Assembly: GCA_031835245.2 (NCBI GenBank)
Contig: JAVKOQ020000061.1
Span: forward strand, 124,001 to 188,000
Source of the DNA: Balamuthia mandrillaris
Lineage: Eukaryota
Direction of reading: 5' to 3'
Length of the DNA stretch: 64,000 bases
Shown here one piece after another: positions 41,208 to 53,800 of this stretch (position 1 is its first letter; each line of letters starts with the position of its first letter). Position numbers and translations under genes: made by a program. Under the pieces are notes generated by a model. It made no database searches, was not told the origin of the DNA, and worked only from the letters and a program-made list of their open reading frames with translations.

Positions 41208-41743
41208 ATAAAACAACATAAGACATAAGACAATAAAACAAGCAACAACAAGAAGAGGAGAGGCTTACTTCTTTATAGAGTCCGCTTCATGGGTACTGAG
41301 CGTTTTGTAAACAAAGAGGGCCGTGCTGTGGAGCGCCTCAGAAGGAACCTCTTCGCCCAAAATCTCTTGCACCTGTTTCAGGAATGCTTGGTACTTTGGT
41401 CTCATCTCTTTGGTCTTGGCCTCCAGCGCTGGTTCCAGCCTTCTCGTAGTTTGCGGCGGTTCAAAGTAGTCCCATGTCAAACCAACAGAGTTTTGATCCA
41501 ATCCGCTCTTCCTGTGTTTTTTTTTTGGAATACAAAAGAGCAGTTAGCTTAAGCTACAACACTCGCTGTTGTTAAGTGTTTAACGTTGAAGCGTCTTAGC
41601 TACCGTAAAGGTCTCTGTCTCTTGAAGACTTGGGCTCGTTTCTGCAGTTCTTGATCGATGCTGAAGTTTCTCTCTTGTTGAGGTGAAAAGTGAGCCCGCA
41701 GCAGGCTGCTAAGGCGACCAGGCAAGTAGCCCGCAGAAGCCAT
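34416..41743 (-). CDS. ASCC3: ASCC3/Slh1 Ski2-like tandem-cassette helicase
   Basis: Two helicase cassettes (APTGAGKT/DEVH, APTGSGKT/DEVH, GRAGRPQYD twice) with Sec63 domains. GKHYCPRMATMNKP, YEPFPVESSL and N-terminal PGRLSSLLR favour ASCC3 over Brr2. Confidence 0.92.
40840..41205. repeat. Compound (ACAAGA)n/(GAA)n/(GA)n microsatellite filling an ASCC3 intron
   Basis: Directly visible; flanked by a GTAAGC donor near 41268 and an AG acceptor near 40830 on the minus strand. Confidence 0.93.
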
Positions 41744-42146
41744 TTTGTCACACTACCACCTTCTTTCCTAGCTACTGAGCCAGGTTCAGCGTTTTCCTCC
41801 CCTGCCCCCTCCCGTTCCTTTCTTTTTCTCCTTTTCACTTCTTTCACCAAAAAATCATTTACAAGTGTCGACACATTCTAATGGCGACACATTCTTCGCA
41901 TGCTATTGTCGACATCTGTTCGCCCTCTTTCTCCCTCTCCTCTCTCTCACTCTCTCACTCTCTGTCGCTTTCTCTCTCACACTCTCTGCCCTCACTCCCT
42001 CTTCTCGATCGTCCAGTGGGAAAATAACGTTTCCTTCTTTCCACTGCTTAGGCCTTTTTTGCTATAATGCTCACTGATTTATCTATTTTTTTTTCTTTGG
42101 TGCGGAAGAAACAAGGGTAGGGGGAGAGGGGAACAAAATGAATTGT

Positions 42147-44023
42147 CTACAAGGTCTCGATGGTGACGGGTCCCATGATGGAAACGCCACCACCCCGGCG
42201 AGAGTATCTGCTGGATCGCGTGGAAGAGCCCAGCTCCTCGTCCTCATAGTGAGTGTCAAAGTCTTTGCGGTCGTCCTCATCATCAGAGTCGGAGAGCTCT
42301 GCCTCATGTGCTATTCTTCGGTCACGGTCCAGTTCTGTTTATCGTAATAAGTTAACAATAGAAGCACAAAGAGAGATAGAAAGCGAAAGCGTACCACTAT
42401 TTCTTTCGTCTGGGTTCTCGTCATCCTCATCGTCTGACTCAAAATAGGTGTCAGGAGGTACCTCCGTCATGGCCACGCCAGGTGCTCCTTGTATGTTACG
42501 CAAGTTGTCGATGAGGCGAATCCTATGTAGTGCAAGGAAAGTGCGCAAGTCAGAGGAGTCAAAAAAAACATCCCAGAAAAAAAGCATAAGGTACGCACTT
42601 CATCTTTTCCAGATACTTGGGGTCGTTGAGGTTCTCCATGTTGGAAGGTGTGATGTGAAGACGAAAGTCGGGTCCGTAGTATTCCAAATAATCGTTAAAC
42701 GGAAGCTCTGGTGAGGTGAAGACCGCGGTCAGGATCTATAACACAACAGAGAGAGAGAGAGAGAGAAGCGATGTACCATCAGAGATGTCAGACTTCAGCA
42801 GCAAAGAGGTTTCGTAGGACCAACAGCGAGCAACGTTGCGGATAGTGTAACCACCACCACCAAGCACCAACAACGGTACTCCAAAGCTCTGTACAAACTC
42901 AACGCATTCGCCGTGGCCCTTGAGAGATAGGTTGAAGCAGCCAAGCCTATCACCAGACAGGGAGTCAGCGCCGCATTGGAGGACCACAGCGCCAGGTTGG
43001 TACCAGTCCATCACCTTCTGAATGATCGGCTTGAATATGTCGTTGTAGCTCTGATCGTCTATTCCGTCTCTCAATGGGAAGTTGATAGAGTAGTTCTTGC
43101 CTTTACCAGCTCCTATGTCCTGTGGCGAAATAAAGAAAAAGATGGTTTGAGAAACAAAAGTGAGAGAAACAAAGAAAGAAAGAAAAACTAGAACATACTC
43201 TAATGTCGCCAGTGCCTGGGAAATATTCCCCGAATTTGTGGAAGGAGACCGTCATGACGCGGTCAGTCGTGTAGAAGGCCTCCTCCACGCCGTCTCCATG
43301 ATGGATATCAATGTCTATGTACAACACACGGGAGTGGTACTTGAGCAGCTCCAAGATTCCCAGCACAATGTCGTTGATGTAGCAAAAGCCAGAGGCCTCC
43401 GACTTTTTGGCGTGGTGGAGACCACCAGCCCAGTTGATGGCAATGTCAGCCTCTCCGTGGTTAAGCTTTATGGCACCGCCTATGGAACCGCCGGCTGAGA
43501 TCTGACAAAACTGGTACATGCCATCAAAGACCGGACAATCCTCTCCTACGTTAACTGTTTTTTATGTTCCAATTTTTAAAGATTAATTTTTTAAAAAAAG
43601 GTGAGAAAGAGGACAGAAACGAGAATCGATGAAGATGACAAAGAATAGAATCTTTTTTGCGTACGTACATCTTTGCAATTGCTTGGCGTGATCGTTCATG
43701 TTGTCCGGAGTGATGAGGCGCAAAAACTTTACATAATCTTCAGAGTGAAAACTTGTCATCTCCACTTTTGTCGCCTTGCGTGGTCGCTGCAAAGGTGGTG
43801 ATTTGTGGTGATTAGAACAAAGGGCAGGTTTGGCACCAAAGGAAGTAAGAAAAAAGCAAAGAGGCTCACTACGTACGTAGATCTGCATTTTCTTGTAGAG
43901 GCCATAGTTAAGCAACAAGTTGTGGGTCATCCTTATGCGGTGCGGCTTCATGGGATGCCCCGTGCCGTAGTAGTAGTTGCCCACATCGCTATCATAAAAG
44001 TAACAGACGCGCTGCTTGCTCAT
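42147..44023 (-). CDS. Class I histone deacetylase (Rpd3/HDAC1-2 type), multi-exon
   Basis: [78 protein letters not shown], acidic tail. Confidence 0.97.
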
Positions 44024-44051
44024 TTCCTTGCTCTGTCGGCCACGTGCTGGT

Positions 44052-44053
<2 letters not shown>

Positions 44054-44090
<37 letters not shown>
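44054..44090. repeat. (GT)n dinucleotide tract just upstream of the HDAC start codon
   Basis: Directly visible. Confidence 0.9.
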
Positions 44091-44094
<4 letters not shown>

Positions 44095-44276
44095 TTTGGG
44101 GTAGTGCGGTGAAAGAGTGCCGTTGTTGTTTTCTTTTTTTCTTTCTCTTTTTTTTTTGCGACGTTTTCTTGGGTGTTATTTTGTCGACATCTGAGGAGCA
44201 GCTGTAAAGGCTATCGAGGGTTCGCTCTTTTGTTTTCGTGACGACATGGTGCTCTCTTGTTGTCGACAAGGAGGAG

Positions 44277-45164
44277 ATGAACGAGCAAGAAGAGGAGAGC
44301 AACAAGGCTGACCCCGAGGCGGGCTCTCCTTCGGCCCCGCTGTTGGAACGGCGATTCCTTGCCGAGCTCGGTTTCACTGAGGTGGACCTACAAGAGGCCT
44401 TGGTGCAGGAAGTGTTGCGCACTTTGGTGGTGAGACTGCAGGACTTTTCCAACTTTCCAGCTGGGAGGACTTTCAAGGAAGATGATAGGAGAGCCTTTGC
44501 CCAGTCTGTACTGGAGCTCCTTGCCCAATGTTTGCCTCTTCTGGAAGGCTCTGACTACGCACTGCGCCAGTCCTCTGTTGCTGTCGAAAAGACTCTTGAG
44601 CTTGTGGAGGGCCTCGTTCTGTGGTCCTGTCGACATTGGCCGGAAGCTTTATTGCTGCCTCTGCCCACAACAAAAGGAGAGAATGGCTCTGCCTCCAAGA
44701 ACTTCTTTCATACTCTCCGTAAGCCCACCGCCATACGTTTGAGCAGATCGGGAGGAGGCATCCACAAGGCTAAACCCTTGTATCATTATTTTTCTCAGGA
44801 GTGCAGGCATGCTCTCTGGAGTACCTTCCACCAACTCTTTCTCTCTGAGGCAATCTCTCTCTCTCTCTCTCTCTCCATGTATGAGCAGCGTACTCAACTT
44901 TTTTTTGTGCTACGATAGGTGGTGTATGAGGTGGTAGAATGGCTGTGCAAAGCGGAAGAGGACCCCCAGAAAGCCGGTCTAAAAACCCCAGAAAAGGACT
45001 TGGTGGAGGAGGTCAAAGCGGTGGCATCCGCGGATGAGCTCCTCTTCCGAGAGGCCATGAGAGTGTGGGGGATCATACTCGCTCGTTCAGGGAACCAGCG
45101 CCTCGCTACCTTCATGCTGGATGTGGTCCACCATCGCCGCCTCCACCGCAGCCATCTTGTGTAA
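44277..45164 (+). CDS. Helical protein resembling the N-terminal part of NELF-B/COBRA1; 3' end uncertain
   Basis: [45 protein letters not shown]...LFLSE|VV and [12 protein letters not shown] match the NELF-B pattern as I recall it. Needs intron 44850-44918. Confidence 0.55.
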
Positions 45165-45582
45165 CAACCCCTCGCTTTAGGCAAAATAAGAGTGGCCAGG
45201 CTACTCCTCGCTGCCGCGATCTCTTCTGCCTAAAAGAATGCGAATGGAAGCAGTTGGCGAAGAAAGGCAAGCCAAGTAACTCAGGGCACAGACAAGGAGC
45301 TCCTGCACCGACACAAAACAGCCTGCCGGAGTTGTTCGGCAAAGCAGAAAAGTTGCAGGGGAAAAAGATGGGGAGAGGCGTTGCAACAAAGCGGCTGAAA
45401 TATATATAACTCCTTCCAAGAGACTGTTTTTACCCAACGAAAAAAACAAAAAAACACAAACAAAACAACAAATAAAAGGAGAACGTAGTAGCCGCTACGC
45501 ATTGACCTGGGTGATAGAGAGTGCTGTATTATTCTTGGTTGCTTATTGCTTTGTTGGTAGGTGCTGTAGTTGCCGTTCTAAT

Positions 45583-46594
45583 TTAAAGATAGTTGGAAAG
45601 CCAGCGGAAGCCTGATGGTGTAATGCAAGAAAGGGGGAATGAGCATTGGGAAGAGAAACAGGGAAGAGAGAGGGGGGGGGAGATGCATGGGGAAAGGATG
45701 TGTGAACCTTCGCCATAGCCTGCACGCTTCACAACGGAGCACATAAACACCTCAATAGGACGAACTCCGTCAAGGGTGGTCTTCGACTGAGTAGAGAGAA
45801 ATAAAGAAAGAGTCATTCAGTTTTTTTAATGCTTTGCACGTAGTGAGAGAGGGGAGAAAAAAAACACACGAACCTTGCCAGTGGTTTGTTGCAGACAAAA
45901 AACGCTTCTGATCTCTTGCTCAGAGGCAGCTTGAGGAACGTCGATCTTGTTTCCCAAGATCAGGAAAGGTACTGTCTTGAGCTCCTCGCAGGAAAGGAGA
46001 GACTGTTCAAAAAAAGTATTAAGAGGTTGCTCGTTGCAAGCAGCGAAAGGGGAAAGAATGAAGAGGGAAAATGAGGTAGTGTACATCAAGCTCCTGCTTG
46101 GATTCAGGGAAACGGTCACGATCCACGCAGTCAATGAGGTACACGATGGCGTCCACATCAGCGTAGTAGTCTTTCCAGACACGACGAGCAGTCTGATGGC
46201 CGCCAAGATCGTAGGTGCGGAATCGGATGTTGCCCAAGCTCAACTCCTCCATGGCTGATGAGAAAAGTGGCAAGATTAACGCTCGCACAAAAATAAAAAG
46301 GGAAGGGAGAAGAACAAGGGAGTAGGGATAAATGATTACTTGGATGGAAAGTGGGGTAGTGCACTGCAAGCCTATCATCTTTGAGCATGTGTAGGAGGGT
46401 CGTCTTGCCAGCATTGTCAAGGCCCAAAAAAAGGATTTTGGCGTTCTTGTGGTACAATCCTGCGCGCAAGAAAGAAAACGGGGTATGAGGAAAAGTGTTC
46501 CTAGGAAGAAAAAAAAAGACACAGAAAGATTTAAAAAGGAGTGCAAGGTACCGAGGAAGCTCAACACATTCCAAAACCAATCAAAGATCATCAT
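45583..46594 (-). CDS. SAR1: Small GTPase Sar1 (COPII), 6 exons
   Basis: [74 protein letters not shown]. Confidence 0.97.
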
Positions 46595-47139
46595 CTTCGC
46601 TGAGGGTGGTCAGAAACAAAAAAATAAAAACAAAATAAATAAAAGTATTTATAAGTGTGGCAGTTCAAGCCCTTTCTTCACGTTCGCAGCAACAGCCTTT
46701 GAAGTGTAGGGAAAATCAATCAGAAGAAGGTGTTAAACGAAAAAAAAATCAAATGTTGTTTGTTTTAATTCTTCTCCCTCAGCTACGGTACCTCGTTCGA
46801 ATGCGCTTCTTTTTCAACCCCCCAATTTTTTTTCTTTGCCCAAAGTTTTTTTTGTTTTCTTTCGAATATTTCGCATTTTTTTAGCGTGTTGCTGTCCCAT
46901 CTCCCCTCAAATCTATCGTGGATTTAAACTGAAAAATGTCCAAATATCGCTTTGCGGTGACGTCATCTGCGGATTTCGGTCGGGTAGTGACGTGGCGACC
47001 GACCTGAGGAGCACTAAAAGATCTTTCCCGATGCCTACGCGAGTTTTAGATCATTGCAACGCAAGCAGAAAACAACGAGAAGCGGAGAGACTCGCGCTGT
47101 GCGGCTGGCGCCAAACCATCCCCGCCCAACGAAACGCAA

Positions 47140-47780
47140 ATGCAAGGGGGCTCGTCGGAAATGGTGGAAGACTGGGAGTCGCCCTTGTTTATGACGGCCG
47201 TGCCATCGGAGGATCATCCGGAGGCGGACACCATCGCCGCTTTGCAGCACCTCATCTACGAGGATGAAACTCCCGAGACCATCGCTGAGAACTACAAACA
47301 ACAGGTACGATGTTTGGTTGTTGTTCGTCATGAAACCGCTTCTTCTTCGCAGTCAAAGAGCGCTTTTGGGCTTTGTCGTTATTGACCCTCCGGGGGACTT
47401 CTCTCCGTTACTGCAGGGCAATGAAGTGCTGAAACAAGGAGCGAAATTCTACCGTGATGCCATCAAATGCTATACCATGGCGCTGGAACAAAACTCGCCC
47501 AACCAAAAGAACAACTCTATTTACTACTCCAACCGGGCACACGTTCACCTCTTATTGCGTATGTGGACCAGCAGCATGCTACTCTTCTTTTTCTCTTTCG
47601 TTTCTCACACACTTGTAACAACCAAAAGGGAACTACGGACATGCTCTTGAGGACAGTGAGAACGCCATCAAGCTGGACGAGAGCAACGTTAAGGCATACT
47701 ACAGAGGTGCCAGAGCATGCCTTGCCACCGGTCGTTTGGACCTTGGCTTCAAGTTGTGCGCTGATGGTCTTACTGTACGT

Positions 47781-47824
<44 letters not shown>

Positions 47825-48654
47825 CCCTCCTCCATTTCGCTACATGTATGCACTTTTCACTGGTCTCACTTGTCTCTCCTCTTCTTGCTGTTCTTTATCC
47901 CTTCGCTATTCTTTTCTTGCTCCACTTCCCTCTTCTCTGCTTCTTTTTTGTTCTCTCATCCTCTTCTCTTGTTCTGTGTTCTCTCGTTATCTCCTCTACT
48001 TGTTATGTACCCAAGAAAGACCCAGAGAACGCCGGCCTAAAGCAAATACAAGAGAACCTACAAAAGGAGTTCAACAAAAAGGAAGAACAAGCCAAGGCAG
48101 AGTGTGTTGTGGGTGAGGAGAAACAAAGAAAGAAGCGAGAGCTCCAGGCGGCGCTCTCTCAACGGGGCATAAAGATGGGCCAGGCTGCATTCGCCTCGCA
48201 GGGAGGTCAGTTCGCGGTGGGAGCAGAAGACGCCCTCGGCAAGCCTGGCACTCGGCCTTGGTTGGATGATAAGGAAGGGACGTTGCACTGGCCGGTGCTC
48301 TTTCTCTACCCTCAACATCAACAATCGGACATGATTCAAGACTTTAACGAGAACGATCGCTTTGTGGATCATTTGCAAGTCATGTTCCCTGAGAGGCGGT
48401 GTTGTGCCTGGGATGTCAATGGCGAGTACGTGTGGGATGAGCTCTGTGTCTACTTTGAGACCAACTGGACGACGCCGCTTGGCCAACCGGTCGATAGCGT
48501 GAACTATGCACGGCGGCAGAAAGTAAAGCTAGATCCATCGCTGACGCTGCAGGAGGCCCTCGCCCATAAGGACTACTTGGTACCTGGCTTCCCTGTCTTC
48601 CACGTTGTTCCTCCCGCCTTTGAATCCGAATTCCTGAACATGGAACTCGCTTGA
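47140..48654 (+). CDS. TTC4: TTC4/Cns1 TPR co-chaperone
   Basis: PLFMT, ALQHLIYE...IAENYKQQ|GNE, YSNRA, KAYYRGA, LHWPVLFLYPQHQQSDMIQDFNE, HLQVMFP. Confidence 0.9.
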
Positions 48655-48755
48655 AAGAACCCCGCATTTCTCTCTCTCTCTCTCTCTCTCTCAGCCAGGC
48701 AACACATACAGCAACAAGCAACACTTGTTGAAATAGAGGAGAAGCAGACCCACAT

Positions 48756-50425
48756 TTAGTGATGATGTGGCGGTGTGTTATCCTTCCTATTGTGTTGTCG
48801 TTCTTCTCTATCAGTGCTATGACGATGGCGGCTGCTGTGGCTGTGACTGCTGCGATGGGAAGAAGAAGACGAAGAAGAGCTGTGGTGGTGATCACGGCGA
48901 TGACGATGGTCATCTTTCTTGTCTCCTTCACCCTCGTGACGACTTTTGTCACTTGACTCACTGCGGTGAGGACGCTCATCATCTTCGCGGTGACGATGAG
49001 AACGAGAAGAGCGATCATCGTCGTGGCGGCGGTGATGATGGTGAGAACGCGATGAACGGTCACTGTCCTTTTCATCCCTGCTGCTGCGTGCTAGGATATC
49101 CTCTTGCCGTCGTGAGGGGTTTTCTTTGTTCTCTTTGCCAGCGTCTTTCTTCTTTGCTTCCTTCCTCTCTTTCTCTTCCACTTTGCTCAACCGGACAGCG
49201 CCAAATGTCATGAGTGGGGGCTCTATTCTAAACCCTTTCTGATCTTCCTTTTCCTTTTTCTTCTTCTTGTCCTTCTTGTGCCTCTTTCGCTCTTCCTTCT
49301 TCCTTTTCTTCTCTTTCTTGTGTTTACGTTTTCTGCTTCTTCGTTCCTCATCATCCCCCTCCTCATCGCTCTTGCGCCTTTCGCCTGCTTCCTTCCATTC
49401 CGCATCGTCGTGATGGTAATATTCTCCATCTGCCGCCTCCTCATCCTCTCTTGCTTCATGTTTGGCCTCCGCAAGCTGTCGTGCCTCCAGAACGCCCTCT
49501 CCCGGCAATTGTGTTGGTGCGCTCATTGCATGGTGGTGGTGCCTAACATTTGTGTTGGGCAAGAGAACAAACAACCAATGAAGGGTAAGGAAAAAGATCA
49601 CAAGAGAGAAGCAGAAAACGAGAGCCAGAGAGCGATGACATACGGCCCGTAGCCTAAACCAGCAACGCGGTCTTCGAGGGCATCGCTGACTGTTTCACGC
49701 TTGGTTAGCTCTTTGAGCTCAGCGGCGTCCAATTGCTTGGTAGAGCGGTGCTGTCGTTTTGGAGCGATACCTCTTGGAGCAACCAACAAAGATGTTAGGA
49801 AGAGGAAGAGGAAGAGGAAGAGGAAGAGGAAGAGGAAGAGGAAGAGGAAGAGGAAGAAGAGGAAGAGGAAGAGGAAGAGGAAGAGGAAGAGGAAGAGGAA
49901 GAGGAAGAGGAAGAGGAAGAGGAAGAGGAAGAGGAAGAGGAAGAGGAAGAGGAAGAGGAAGAGGAAGAGGAAGAGGAAGAGGAGCAAGCGTACAACAACT
50001 CGTTGCGAAGCTGCTCTTCCTGCCGCTTGATCTCCTCGATGCTGGGCGCTTCAGTGTTTTGGTTGCCGTCTTTGCTCCACCACAGGGGATTCGGTTTGCG
50101 GTTGTTGAACGTCGGTTTGCTAGTGGTATGCAACGAATGGCCTTTCAAGCAAGAAGATGGTCAGAGAGAAGATCAGTGAGGGGAAAAAAATAAATAAAAG
50201 AGCAAAGAAAAAGCGACAAAAGAAAGAAAACAAACCAAGATAGAATTCTTTGTATTTGTCTTCCTTCACTTGGTCCCAAGTAAACTCTGCAATGGCAAAG
50301 CAAATTAAATCCTAGTTAGTATTTCTGGCCTTGCCTTGGAACGGCATTTGAATGACACTCAACAACAACAACGTACGGTCCGCCCCACCGCGCGTGCCGC
50401 TGCGCCTGCCAGCACCCACAAACAT
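48756..50425 (-). CDS. MMtag-domain protein (MMTAG2/C1orf35-like) with a K/R/H/S-rich tail
   Basis: RSGTRGGADR|FTWDQVKEDKYKEFYL|GHSL, WWSK, EIKRQEEQL, RVAGLGYG. Confidence 0.85.
49799..49983. repeat. (GAAGAG)n pure homopurine tract (~185 bp) inside an MMTAG2-like intron
   Basis: Directly visible, with one GAA interruption. Confidence 0.97.
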
Positions 50426-50855
50426 GTTTGGTCTTTCTCGTTGCTGCGGCTGCTCTCCGCTTTCCTTTTCTTCTTTGCGTATTCTTGACCAGCAATGGTG
50501 CAGGTTTGCCGCACGATATGATCTTTTCGTGCTCACGTGTCCTTCTCTAAATTTCGAAAGGATGAGGTCAGCATAAGACTTGGTCATCTTTCGATATGTG
50601 CGTGTGCAACTGCCATATTTAGATATAGGTGACGTAAGAAATTAGCAGAGCAAAAAAAATTGAAATAGATTGCGGTAACGCATCCTCTGTGGGTTACGCC
50701 TTTGTCGCGCATTACAAGAACAACACACGAAAATAAATATAAAAATAAATATAGGGGAACGACCACATTCAATATCACCTGTCAAACAAAACTGCCGAAC
50801 AACAGCGGGACAAGTCAACAAGTCGATATAGGAACAGCAACAAAAAACAATACCG

Positions 50856-53800
50856 ATGGAGCCCTCTTCCTCGCCTGTGCTGGATGCGCTCCGCCGACAA
50901 TTTGGTGAGGACGGAAAAGCGGCCAACGCCTCCACCTCCCCCAACATGAAGAAGGAGCAGACGGTCAAGATCCTGAACGAGATCACCCCAAAGTTCAACA
51001 AAGAACGCTATATGGAGCGCCAAAGCGCGGCCTTCGAAAGCCTCGATGACATCATTTCTTCTCTGCGCGGGTCGGAAGCACCTTCTCCCAGGAGCTCTCC
51101 TCTTTGGAAGTCTTCTCCCAACTTTAACCCGAAGAAGAACGAACAACCGAAAGAAGCGGAGGAAGAGGATGAAGTCCACAGTCTCATCGTTCGTGCTTCC
51201 ATGCAGATAGACGCTCGCACCGCACAATTGGCTCTTGCCCAGGGAGGCAACCTCTCCGATGACTCTCGCTCGAGCTCTCCGTTGTCTTCTGCAACCAACT
51301 CTCTGCGCTCTTCGTCAAAGTCAAAGGCTCCACCCTCGCGAACACAATCCGACCGAGGCACTCAAAAGAAGGAAAAAGAAAAGGTGGAGGAAGGAAAGAG
51401 CGATGGCGGTGAAGAACAATCAGAAGCAGAAGAAGACGAAGACGACGAAGGAGACGAAGGAGAAGAATATCCAGAGTTGACTATTTATAACTCGTTGGAA
51501 GTACCTTATTGTTACCAACACATCTGTTATGAGTATCTCCACTATACCGACACCCCATTTTCATTTCCAAAAGGTGAACACCTTGTTCTTCTTGTTCTTG
51601 TTCTTGTTCTTGTTCTTGTTCTTGTTCTTCTTGTTCTTCTTCTTCTTCTTCTTCTTCTTCTTCTTCTTCTTCTTCTTCTTCTTCTTCTTCTTCTTCTTCT
51701 TCTTCGCTTTTTCTGCGTGTTATTCTAACCAATCCAACACGTATGTAGAAGCACAAACACAAAAACAAGAAGAAGCACCAGAGGAGTTCAGCTTGGAGGA
51801 CTACGAGCTGGAGGATGGCATGGAAGAGCCGAAAGATGGAATGCTGCCCTCATTCTTTGATCCAGAGGAGTACAAAGCCGCTCGCGAGGCCATCGTTAGC
51901 TTGGATTACGTGCCTCATCTGTTTGCTCGCCAACTGAGTGCTTTTCGTGGACCCGAGCATTATTCGAGCAAAGAGAAGTTGGAAGGCTTTTCGAACATAG
52001 GCTTCGCAAATACCAGCAAAACAACATATCTCAGTATCATAGACGAAAACTTGGACAAGAAACAACTAAAGCAACTTGGAAAAAAAGTTCATATACACAC
52101 ACTCTCTCCTTTCTTGTGTTGTTGTTACCCTTGGCTTACTCTTTCTTCCTTGTCGAAAATAAGATTTCACAGTACGACAACGTAGAAGCATGTATCATCA
52201 AAGGAGTGAAGCCGTTGGCCAAAGTGGACGACATAAAGCTTCCGCAGCTGCGTTACTTGGATTTGAGCGATTGCAACATATCTTCGCTCCGCTCGTTGAT
52301 CGCAATGTTGCGTCACTCGCCCAATCTTGAAGAGCTAGTTGTGGCTGGCAATCCCGTTGCTTCCGCTCCTGACCTTCGTGAAAAGGTTGTCTCATTTCTC
52401 TGCTTCTCTCTCTTTCTCGCTTGGTCCATTGCTTACAAGGGACATGCGAATAGGTAATCGGAACGTGTGGGTACATTCGTGTCATAGATGGTGCTGCTGT
52501 TTCAATAGATGAGAGGGTAGAGGCCATCGCTAAGCATGGCAGCAAAGAACAAAAGAAAAACATACAGCTGATCCGTTGGGATTGGGTCTTTTGCGACCTC
52601 CCCGATATTCGCAGTACCTATTTTTATATCTTTCCGTGTTTCCTTTCTCATTTTTCCCTTACTCTCCTCTCTCTCTCTCTCTCATCTTTGCTCAGGAATG
52701 ACAGAATGGGAACCCACAAAACTGACAAACCTGGTGATAAACGATGCTCAGCTGGAAGGTAAACTTGTGCTCCTATCGCTCGGCATCCGCGTCAAACTAA
52801 CAAGCACAATGGGCGTCCAACAGTCTTTCACGTGGGAAGTATGCCATGTTTGCAGGTGTTGAACCTGCGTGACAACAAGATAGCAGACGTACAGGGCAGT
52901 GGCATCGAACAATGCGAGCAACTGTGGTCCATCGATCTGTCCAACAACGCCATTGTAAAGATGACCGGCCTTTCTGCTTTCGCGTATGCTGTCCCCTTCT
53001 TATCTTCTCTCTTTTGTCACTCTGCTTTTGTGCTGATCAGCAGTTAACGTGTTCTGCAACAAAAGGTATGTGCCTAACTTAAAGGAGCTTTACTTGGCCG
53101 GAAACAAGGATGGCACCAAGGTTTTGAGCGAGAGCGAGTATAGGCCGCTTGTCATTGCTGTCACATGCGAGTTGAAAGGCTATAACCATGCCCCTGGCCT
53201 ACGCTCCCTTGATGGCAAGCTCATCAGCCTGGAGGAGCGCATTGAAGCTTTCGAACGGGTTCGTAACCTCCTCCACTTTCTCTGTTGGTGTTCTGTTCAA
53301 AAACACAAAGAAACACAGAGATATAGAAAGAAAAGGACACTAACGTTCAGCTCTCCTGTAGATAAAGTCCAAAAAGAGAAAGATAAGCATCGGAGAATAT
53401 CGTTGGGAGACGTACCTGATAGACTACTGTGGCCACCTGCAGATCCGCACACCCGAATATGCCAATCGCCTGCGACACCTCATGCTTCCCTCATGCCAAT
53501 TCACCAACGTCGATCTCTCTCCCTTTACCTCGCTGGAGTTGTTGGACCTCAGCGGCAACTTTCTGACCAAAGTGGAGGGCCTGGAGGCGCTCTCTCATCT
53601 AAAGTTTCTCAACCTCTCCGGCAATGTGAAGCTGAACCTTGTGGATACGTTGGAGCGGCTGGCCAAAGCCAAGACGCTTCAACAGGTGTCCTTTTGTCTG
53701 ACTGTGAAGGGTCATAAGAGACATCCCGACAACAAGAAGTACAGACAGACTGTATTGCAGGCTCTTCTTCATCGCAACGAAAAGCTCCGATGGCTCGACA

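Noticed and set aside
40830..41241. Hydrophobic LVLVLV N-terminus of the 1549-aa ORF as a transmembrane domain
   Set aside because: Read-through of a microsatellite intron; the true upstream exons are at ~41270-41500 and ~41600-41743.
34416..41743. Brr2/SNRNP200 assignment
   Set aside because: N-terminus and second-cassette motifs (HYCPRM, YEPFPVESSL) fit ASCC3/Slh1 better.
49701..50193. ORFs encoding poly-RG, poly-KR, poly-S and poly-LF
   Set aside because: Translations of the intronic (GAAGAG)n microsatellite, not RGG-type proteins.
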